From: Hydrurus foetidus
Lineage: Eukaryota
Length of the DNA stretch: 64,000 bases
Direction: 5' to 3'
Assembly (NCBI GenBank): GCA_900617105.1
Contig: UYFQ01000083.1
Coordinates: 1-64,000 of the forward strand
Of the stretch, positions 46,855-64,000 are shown piece after piece. The notes under the pieces were generated by a model that made no database searches, was not told where the DNA came from, and worked only from the letters and a program-made list of their open reading frames with translations. A program made the position numbers and the translations under genes. How positions within the stretch are numbered: the stretch's first letter is position 1; each line of letters starts with the position of its first letter.

Positions 46855-49800
46855 ATGGCAGAACTGGGAGACTTTTCCTTAGAGGCTGGTGTTCATGATG
46901 CAACAGCCACAGTCGAAATGTGTGACTACGGCTATGTCGATGAATGTGAGGACAAAAAGAAGTTACAGGGCATACTACAGCTTTTGCGGTCCGGGAAAGA
47001 AGGACATTATCCAGAGGTGATTTCAATTGAGCTCTAAATCTGCACATCACTGGAGTCGTTCGCTTTGCATGACGATGTAACTGCTGTAAGATCGTATCCC
47101 TTCCACGAATGATGAATCAATATGATAATTGCAGCTGATCAAGTATACGGAGGACAAGCTGCTTACGTTGATGACGCCTGTTGAACAGCAGAAGATTCTT
47201 AGACTTAGAAAAGAGGTATCTCCTATGGACAGAGTTGAAGCAGAATTAGGACTCACAGCCTGGGAGAATTCTATTCAATCAGCGGATAAGTCGCTTACGC
47301 GGAAGAAGAACTCGTCATCTCGTGGTGATGAGTCTCAAAAACTTCACATACCGCCTACAGATTTGAGAACGAAAAAACTTCCACCAGTCAGAGGGGCAGC
47401 AGTTATTCCTGCCCCCGTGAAAGCGACCACACTCTCAGCAAAAGATGTAGAAAAGGCTCGTATCTCCAATAATGATGACAAGGAATTCAATCTCAGATTA
47501 TCAGGTAACTAACCCGGTGCAAGTCGAATTTGGAAATTGTTGAAGAATTTAGACAGTATGCTCTAGTGAGGCACAAAGTAAGTAATCCAATGCTTGATTT
47601 TATCACTCGCAGAGCGTGAGAAATTGAAGGGAAACGAGTTCTATCGAGTAGGAGAGGTCGAAGAGGCTGTGCGATGCTACACCCGCAGCATCGATCTGGA
47701 CCCCACCAACCACATCCTCTACGCCAACAGAGCGATGGGATATATAAAGTTAGACGCACCTGAGAAGGCAGAGGTAGACTGTACGTCAGCTATTGCTATT
47801 AATTGTACGTATACGAAGGCATGGTCGAGAAGAGGGCTTGCGCGATTTAAAAGAGGAAAATATTCTGAGGTGAATATTAAACAGTTAATGTGTGAATATT
47901 GAGCAGCTTATGTGTGAATATTGAGCAGCTAATGTGTGAGTATTGAGCAGTTATGTGTTGTGTTGCAATGCTGACTGCTTGATATAATTGATTTCGGGTA
48001 TTTTCTGTCATATCAGAGCTTCTGATAATTGTCTCAAACCTCTGGAATGATGTTGTCCATTCGCATTATATTCCTCTTTATTCACGCATTCTCAACTACG
48101 ACCTGAGACATATTTTATTTTTATTTCTCTTTCTTTTTTCCTCTGATCGGTATCCTCAGTCAGCTTCTGATTTCTCAACGGCTCTTAAATTGGACCCCAC
48201 AAGTAAAGATCTGCCAAACTTGTTACAAAAATCAAAGGACAAATATCTAGAAGTAGAGGGGAAAGGAGAGTGGAAAGAATTTGACGCAAGTTTTGTCGCC
48301 AAAAGTGATGCTATTGTTGAGGAATTTCAAACACTCATTTCTGAGGAGGTGCAGAACACGAAAGAGTTTCTGTCCTTTCTGCCAGTTGATGTACGTGATT
48401 TAGTGTTTGAAGGTGTATACACAGTGATAGAGGGAATCGAGAAGGAGAAGGAGAAGGAGAAGGGGAGGGTAGAAGGGGATGCAGATGCTGATTCAGTGTT
48501 CACAAGAGTGCCCATAACTTTCGATGATGATGAGGAAGACGAGGAGGATAGAAGTGCTGATAGTACGCATGAGGGGTGGAGAAATACATCACACATGACA
48601 GAACCAGAAACAGATTCATCACAAGAAGGGAAGAACACAATCAACCACACCAACAATAAGACCGAAATAGCACTAGGACAAGAGAAAGCAGAGAAGGAAT
48701 CCGAATCAGAATCTGGATATACTAGGATACTAATCAGTGAAGAAGATTCTGAAGAAGAAGATTCCGAGGAAGATAATGATGAAATTGAGGGGGACAAAGT
48801 AGGGACCATGGATCCAGAGGATGGAGGAGATTCCACATGGAGAGTAAAATCCACACCAGTGAAAAGTACTGAAGAAAATGTGGTGAAAAATGGTGATGAA
48901 GTGACTGCTTCATTCACTCGAATTTCTATTCAAGATGATGATGAGAATGATGAAGATGGTAATGATAAGAATGTTGCTGGTGAGGTTATACCTGCGAAGA
49001 CTGAAGAGGTATTATCCGATCACAGCGAGGATGTACATACTACAACCGCTGCAGTGGAGAATACACAATCAACATCCACATGCAACAGTGCTACACCTCA
49101 ACCAAAGGAATCGAGAGAAAATAGCGAGTCACTCAAACTTGCAGGCAATGAAGCGATGAAATCGCTCGACTATCAAACTGCCCTCAGTCTGTACACCTCC
49201 TCGTTAGAACTCGATCAGTCCAACCTCCTCACACGCAACAATCGTTCTCAAGCGTACTTGAAACTGAATAATTATCAAGGTGCCATTGAAGATGCCACGT
49301 ACGTCATTGATAATGATCCTTCTTATCCAGGGCATACCGGATCTGACCGTATTTCCTCAGCCGGATCTGGCCGTATTCCCCCTGCTGTATCAGCTGCTGT
49401 GAAGAAAGCTCTTTATAGACGCGCAACGGTACGTACGTACGTTATCACATGCTAGTGCATGAGACTGTATGAAAAACGTTTCTCCCTGCAATTCTATCTT
49501 CAACTTGTCTCCTTATTGATCTTCCCACTCACATTTTTGTTCCTATAATCATCTATTATCGATGAATCCATCTTATCACTGACTGATGACATCCTATGTT
49601 TCGTTATCCATAACAAATGCCTTCATGCACATTCCTGCAACAGACGCAATTCCCATCCCCCTCAAGACACTCCATGATTGAAACGACACCGCAATTGATC
49701 GTACCCTATAATTGATATGATGCCATAATTGATATATCTCAAAATCTCGTACTTAATCTAATCTCGTAAAATTTTCATGACACAATCCATCTTTAGGCGT

Positions 49801-50828
49801 ATTCCAGTCTAGGCGGTGACAATCTCACACTCTCCCTATCTGATCTTGACCTCCTGCTATCATTCGAACCGGGTAACGCATTAGCTCGATCAGAACGTAC
49901 GCGAATTGCAGTACTGCTGAGAACACATCAAAAGCAGCCTTCTTCTTCCCCTTTAGGTCCAGGTATTGTGAACAATGTTCCTAAGGAGTTAGTGAAATCC
50001 TCTGTTGGTAGTGTGTCAGTTGATAAGAAGAGCAGCAGCAAAGAGGGAAATGGTAGCAAAAGCGCTAGTGTCAGTGGGGGTACCAAAGGCGGTGGAAGTG
50101 TTAACGGAAGTGGTAGTGGTGGCGGTGATATATTGGCAGAGAGAAGTACCCGAAGAATTTCTCCTATTCCCGTTGCTGTTGCTGTCGCTGTCGCTGCTGC
50201 CGCTAAGAGCGAGAGTACATCCAACAGCACTGGTGCTCTTCGTGAGGTTACAAACGTTGCTCCAACTGCTGTTCTTCTCACACCTTCCAGTGACAACATC
50301 AACACTCCTCAATCTCCCACTAAGTCCTCAGAGAGTAGTACCAAATCTGCCACTAACACTGACGCCATCACAAATAGTACACAACTCTCAACTCTCTCTA
50401 AAACTAGTGCGTCAGTCAGAACTTCCAAGAGAGAGCCGTGCGTACCTCAAGAAGTTCCTAAGACACTATATGAGCTGGAAAGGGCATGGAGGGGTTTGAA
50501 AGACAGACCAGACTTATTTGCGCAATATTTGACGCAAAATATTCACAAAAAAAGTGTCGTGAAAAAAGTTTTTAAGGAGGCAATATCACCAGAATTACTT
50601 AGTTCTGTATTTATTTCTTTGCGAGACTTTTGTGCTGTTCCGGTTGTTCTCACGATTCTTGGTGGACTGAGCACAGTCAATCATTTCTCAATGACCCTTG
50701 CCTTGTTAGCTGAGGATGATTTGACTTGCATTAATAAGATATTTCGGAATGTTTTAGATTTAGGTATTGAATTAGATGAATCTGCGAGAACATCCATCAT
50801 GCAATTAAAATTATTGTATAAAATGTAA
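46855..50828 (+). CDS. SPAG1/RPAP3-like TPR co-chaperone (multi-exon)
   Basis: N-terminal YGYVDEC...ILQLLRSGKEGHYPEL (SPAG1-like); two TPR clamps (EKLKGNEFY...ANRAM; LKLAGNEAM...NNRSQ); C-terminal RPAP3_C-like PKTLYELERAWRGL. Confidence 0.85.
47885..47958. repeat. ~21-bp tandem repeat (ATGTGTGAATATTGAGCAGCT), 3-4 copies, intronic
   Basis: Visible tandem array. Confidence 0.85.
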
Positions 50829-51562
50829 TGAGTATAACGATACATCAATTTTATTTGTTACTCTTTTTATCACAAGTACTATAATGCCGAATTACGATAA
50901 TTTGGAAATCTATTTTACGGTTATGAAAATATTAAATATCTCCGACAAGATAATATGCACCTCACCTCGAAGGGTGCAGAACGCGAAGAAAGTTGAAGGA
51001 CTGAAAACGCTTGCTAGGATGCAATACTGTAGCATCTTTTCCTGCGCACAATCATCTCATCTCACATGAAACTATGCGCGAAACGCTCTAACTGGGGTTT
51101 GGGATCGGCCGGGTCCGGACAGGGGGTCCGTTATTTTTGAAAATTTGAATGTGTGTGTGTGTTCATGGGTTCTCATCCGAATCCTAGCAATCTTCTTCCT
51201 CTCTCTCGTACAGTACTGCAGTACAGCTGCTGGTGAAGAAGTATGACTCGACTCTCAACTCGCACTAGTCACGTCATACTTGAATTTTTGAAGATACGCA
51301 GAGAACACTTAAAATAAGCATTATCGACCGCATCTGATCCCGATCGTTTCCACAATGAGTGTCAGTGCCGTGCAGCGCGTCAGGCATCAAAGAGAAAAGA
51401 AGGAATCCTTTGTTATAAATTGAGATATTTTCGCTGGAGTGAGAAATGAAAGTGTCTGGCTATCCGTGAGCGAGTTCTTGATATCATCAATAATTGATTA
51501 TCGGCTGATACCTCCAGAGTTGAAGACTTCAGTAAGGAGTCCTTAGTATTATGTCCATCTGA

Positions 51563-54500
51563 ATGCTTGGAAAGGAAATGAGTAACAGCCGTGAGGAAGG
51601 GTGGCTTCAGCTCAAAGTGGGCGAGATGGGAAATTGGGATCGGATGTATATCACGTTCGAGAGTGGCATCTTCCTTTATTCTCCGATGATACCAGAGACT
51701 ACCGGCTCGGACCTAGATCTGTTCGACAACGGGACCAAATTCCTAATGGATCAAGTTATTTCCCTGCGAACTGATGTACGCATTGCCAAAATGATTCGTG
51801 ACGAAAACTTAGACGCTCCTTCTGCACAACATTTTTGTAACCTATTTCACGTGTTTTAGGATCAATATGGAGATTCAACCATTCAGATTGCCACCACGGA
51901 GCACAAACTGTACCTGAGAGCGACATCAAAGGAAGAGGTAAGACATCTCCCACCTCTCTATGGCCTCATGATATACAACCCACTACTCCAATCATTCATG
52001 CATGAAGCTATTGCGTGTTTTTAATGGTGTAGTGGGGCATTGGGACAATAAGTGCCATTTCGTCTAAAGGTTTCTTTTCTGATTCGGATAGATGAGGAAA
52101 TGGCTTGTTTGCTTCCAAAAGTCAGTTGCCCTTGTGCTCTCGAAGTTGCTCCTATCCTCTTCCCATTCCTATCCCGATACGAAGATGGCGATTGCACAGT
52201 ACAATCACGAACATCAATCGCAGAATCGACAAGTATGTAGTGAGGACGGCAGTCACACTCCATACAAGGCCCGAGAAATCCTCAGGTAAGAGAGCATATC
52301 CTTCGATGTTGAATGACTGCAGCAATCACAAAAAAGTGCACCATCTATTTCAACGTGAATGTTTCTTCGTCTTTCAGGGGAAACGTCGAGAAGTCTGTCC
52401 CGATAAACGAGATACTGAGGCATAACTCTGAAAGAGGTAACCATAACACGTACGCGTACGGAGGGGAGGACAGACACAAGTGGGCGAGAGAGCTTGGCGA
52501 CGGCCATGGCAAATCAAGCTCCTTGCTGAACAGGAGGGCCATTGCTTCATCGAGGGATGGCGGAGGAGGCACCATCTGTGGGCGGCCTAGCTCTGAAAGT
52601 ATCCCGCTAAGTGAGTGGGATAAGAGCGACTCAATACGGGGTAGCTATCGAGGCGAAGAAACAAGCGGGTACAACAGCAGTGGAAAGAGCAGTAACTGCG
52701 AAGTCGGCAGTTGCACAGTCACCATTAGCACCCAGCAAGCTCCGCCTCATACCTCTACCTTTCCGAATGCGTGGATCCAATCGGATGATACAGCCTCTCG
52801 ACCACACGGTCAGTGGAGAGGTTTGAAATCTTCGACCTCCGAGTCCCCACACAGTCATGACGTCAGAGAAAAAGACTATGTATGCGATATTCGAGTCGCA
52901 CGTTCTCACAGTGTTGGACAGTCCTCAGACGGAGGGGAGGAAAGAGGATACGATTTCTATAAATATGGAGATATCACAGATGATGACTCCTGCCTGTCTG
53001 GGAGTGAAGGGTAAGTTGTGTTACCGGCTCAACTATGTTATTTTTAAGCGATAACAAAGTGACACTCACGATGAGATCACCCTTTACTGGCTTGCTGTAG
53101 TGACATGCCTTTGCATTGTACTTATGGTGCTCTGTTTACCATGCAGAGGAACGATGAACGATTGCGAGGACTTCGACTCGATCAGCAGATGTGGAAGCAA
53201 CATCGGTGTGAAAAGAATCAACTTAACTCAGACTAGGAACTGCTCCCCTAGAAATGCTGTGAGCGGAAGTGGGATGGACTGTGTGGACGAGACACCCATG
53301 AGACTGCAGAAGATATTCGACATCCCACAGCTACGTTCACAAGAATGTGAAAGGCATCAACAGAAAACACAGTCACAGCGTTCTAAATATGGAACCAGTG
53401 AAATACGATGGAGCACTGGGTTTTGTTCTCGACTCGGTCCTAGGAATTCTAATGAGGATCGATTTGTTGTCCTCCCTGACCTATTGGAAACAGTGGGATG
53501 CTCCAAAAGTATGAATGAGGAAAGTATCTCAAATCCTGCTACTAATGGACATACGGATGGCAAGACTGGAGCAAGCACCACATCCACTGTATCAGAGAAA
53601 TCTCAAGATATGTGCAACATCTCGATTGTCGAAAATTGCGATCACATAGCGGAAGGGGCGAAAGAGAGACATGGATATTTTGCCGTGTATGATGGCCATT
53701 GTGGAGGCCAAGCCGCGACATATCTTGAAGAGACATTACACGTGTCAATATTCAATCATCCCCTGTATCATACGGACCTACAAACAGCGATCATTGAGAC
53801 GTGCGTATGTACCGACAAGACGTTCTTAGCGGAAAGCAGGGAAAAGCAGCAGTACTCCGGCTCCACCGCTCTCGGTGCATTCATTCGCGGCAGAGAACTT
53901 GTTGTATTTAACTTAGGGGACTGTCATGCGGTGGTCTCTTGCTCTGGTGTTGCGGTTGATATGAGTGAGGCGCACAAACCAAACAGGTGCGCACGTACCT
54001 TCGGAATCATGTACAATACATACGTTGTGCGAAGTATCCAGGCTCCTACGTTCCTATTCATACCCCTTCACCCCGTTATCGTGATGTCCCTCTGGACGTT
54101 TTAACATTTATAGATACAGATTCCGTGACATGAAATATCTTACATACAGCACAAGTTCGTGTCACCATGAAGTAGTTAGCATAGATTGTAATCCGCCTTC
54201 ACACCTTCTCTGACTCGTTGCACATTCACCTCATTAGGTCTGATGAGAGAGAGCGTATCATGTCAGCTAATGGATGGATAACGGAGGAGAAAGAGTTGTA
54301 CATGGCCCGTCTCCATCGCATGGACCTTTCTGACCCTCTCGTCAGGGACAAAGCTCAACAAGTACGTACTGTAACTAAATGTTATTATCATTTTGTTGAA
54401 TACGTACTTACAGGAAGACAATGGTTTCTTCTACATTAACTCGTAAAACACCCATTGAGTCTAAGCATCGTGGAAGTTAATCAAAGAAACACAACATACC

Positions 54501-55608
54501 GCTAAATTCAAAATCATTTCCTTCTAACTCCACTCACTCTAACACTAAATCGTCAAGGTATCTTGGGTGACCATCTACAGAGTATGTGGGGAGATTTCTG
54601 TGTCGCGTTCAATTGGCGATCCCGACTACAAGTCGTACATTCCCGGGGCTAAAGTTGATGCATTTTTTATTTGGCCTGAGGGCCATGATCAGGTACATCT
54701 ATTTTACTCCCGATAATTTGCCGTAACTGCTGCTTCCGAATAGAAATTCTTTGCATTTTTGCTTTCATATACATAATTATGGGTTATGGGAAGTATTTGA
54801 TAACAATCACCGCCTTGATGTATGCACTCCTATATATATTTAACAAGAAAATGTAAATATTCACTCGAATTAAGCAAATCGTAACATACATGAATTTCTC
54901 AATCCGTCAACCTCTTCAAATCCTACCTTCTATTCAAGACGCATAAAACGATCATTTTACAGTAGTAGCAACACTTAACTAACCTTCACCATCTTTTCTC
55001 ATTATTTGGACGTAAAGGCATTCGCAGCCGATCTTTTGATTTCTGTGCCCGAAGTGCGTACCCTGAACCTCACAGCAGAGCATGAATTTCTCATTATAGC
55101 TTCCGATGGATTGTGGGACGTCATCAGCAGCAACGAAGCAGTAACAACTGCAAGGTAAAGGTCATCCGTTTCATTTTATGCTTTTGGGATAACACATCGT
55201 GGTTGATAGTCGAGAATACTTCTATCCTATAGCGCGTGATGTCGTCATTAACACTCATCAAGGTTCTTACATGTTTTCACACGCACACATTTGGCAGCAA
55301 TGACATTATCACTGCATTATGCAGCTTTCCGCATAATCTCTTACGTTATTACTTTGTACGATAATTCGTCATATTCATCTGATCTACATACCACAAATCG
55401 CTTGTTTTCCCATCAAGGACACTCTGCGTTTTACTATCTCGTCTCAAATCCAATATTCGTACACTTCTATAGATGCGCATTGAACGCTGGCAAAACTGCA
55501 TGTGAAGTGTCTGAAGATCTGTGCGACCTCGCACTGAAACTTGGGAGTTCTGATAATGTCACCGTGGTTATCGTACAATTTGTTTTTGGTTCACCGCTTC
55601 TGGCATAG
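51563..55608 (+). CDS. PH-domain plus PP2C (PPM) protein phosphatase (multi-exon)
   Basis: PH-like EGWLQLK...LYLRATSKEE..MRKWLVCF; PP2C motifs RNSNEDR, AVYDGHCG, GSTA, NLGDC, VSRSIGD, ASDGLWDV, GSSDNVT. Confidence 0.88.
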
Positions 55609-55962
55609 CATCCGATGCTTGTCTCAATACCGGCAAATATCTTACATAATATGAGTCCCGAGATCATCCACTCAAGAGGCCCCAGTATACAGCTGAATAT
55701 GCTGCACTTGAGCACATCTGACGGCGTACTTTCTTTACATGTTTATGAACTCTCTGCTCCATAGAGGTGGAACGATTTGTGATAACGTTACCTATTTTTG
55801 CCGTTGTTTTCCATTGATGCATTTATTTAGACTTTGACGAATAATATATGGTCTAGAAGATTCTAAATAACTCATTTTCATTCTGTGTTAACTTGGAAAA
55901 GCAAAGTGTGACTCTTGTCTCGGTGTATCTAGCAGAATAATTTTGCAGCAGTATCATCACCT

Positions 55963-56036
55963 GCCCTGATAGCTCAGTTGGTTAGAGCATGCGCTTAGTA
56001 AGCGTAAGGTCCTGGGATCGAACCCCAGTTAGGGCT
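55963..56036 (+). tRNA. tRNA-Thr(AGT)
   Basis: Acceptor GCCCTGA/TTAGGGC; D-arm GCTC/GAGC; anticodon arm TGCGC-TTAGTAA-GCGTA; T-arm CTGGG-ATCGAAC-CCCAG; downstream T-run (Pol III terminator) at ~56049. Confidence 0.93.
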
Positions 56037-56369
56037 TGTCGCTAATACTTTTTTCCTTCGGGGCCAAAACACAGTAGCACGACAACACGTCAAATTTTGG
56101 TCAACCTGTGAAATTGCGAATTGCCCACTATTCACTTTTCATCTTGGAAGTGAAAACTTGAAAAGTCCCGCCCGTCTCATGATTCTCTTAAGAAAACTGT
56201 GAACGTCCTTCAAACCTATGAGTCCACACCTCTGACACGGCTTTAAAGACAACACATCTTTCATTATTGAAGAAACAATTCATTGCATCTGTGGCTTCTA
56301 TCGAGCCAACATTGTCCGAGTAACAAGACGAGCCAAAATCTTAGAAGCAGCCTTTAAATTGGATCAAAA

Positions 56370-64000
<7,631 letters not shown>

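Overview
Intron-rich eukaryotic genomic DNA, probably from a stramenopile such as a chrysophyte (inferred from gene and TE content). Host genes: nucleoredoxin, an FMR1/FXR-like KH protein, purple acid phosphatase, COG4, RPB11, PUS7/TruD, an O-fucosyltransferase, a SPAG1/RPAP3-like TPR protein, a PH-PP2C phosphatase, tRNA-Thr(AGT), and a fatty acyl-AMP ligase-ACP fusion that runs off the right edge. The left edge holds a decayed Ty3/Gypsy element and a Crypton-like remnant. A 14.6 kb transposon cluster lies between two divergent genes (16852-31420). It contains a non-autonomous Harbinger element, an apparently intact Ngaro-like tyrosine-recombinase retrotransposon with A1-ORFs-B1-A2-B2 split direct repeats, and a young CoDi-like Copia element with a MITE in one LTR. 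The best leads are the highly structured RNA between ORF1 and RT of the YR element, that element's integration junction, and the non-TGG, possibly self-priming primer site of the Copia element. All calls come from reading the sequence by eye; no searches were run.
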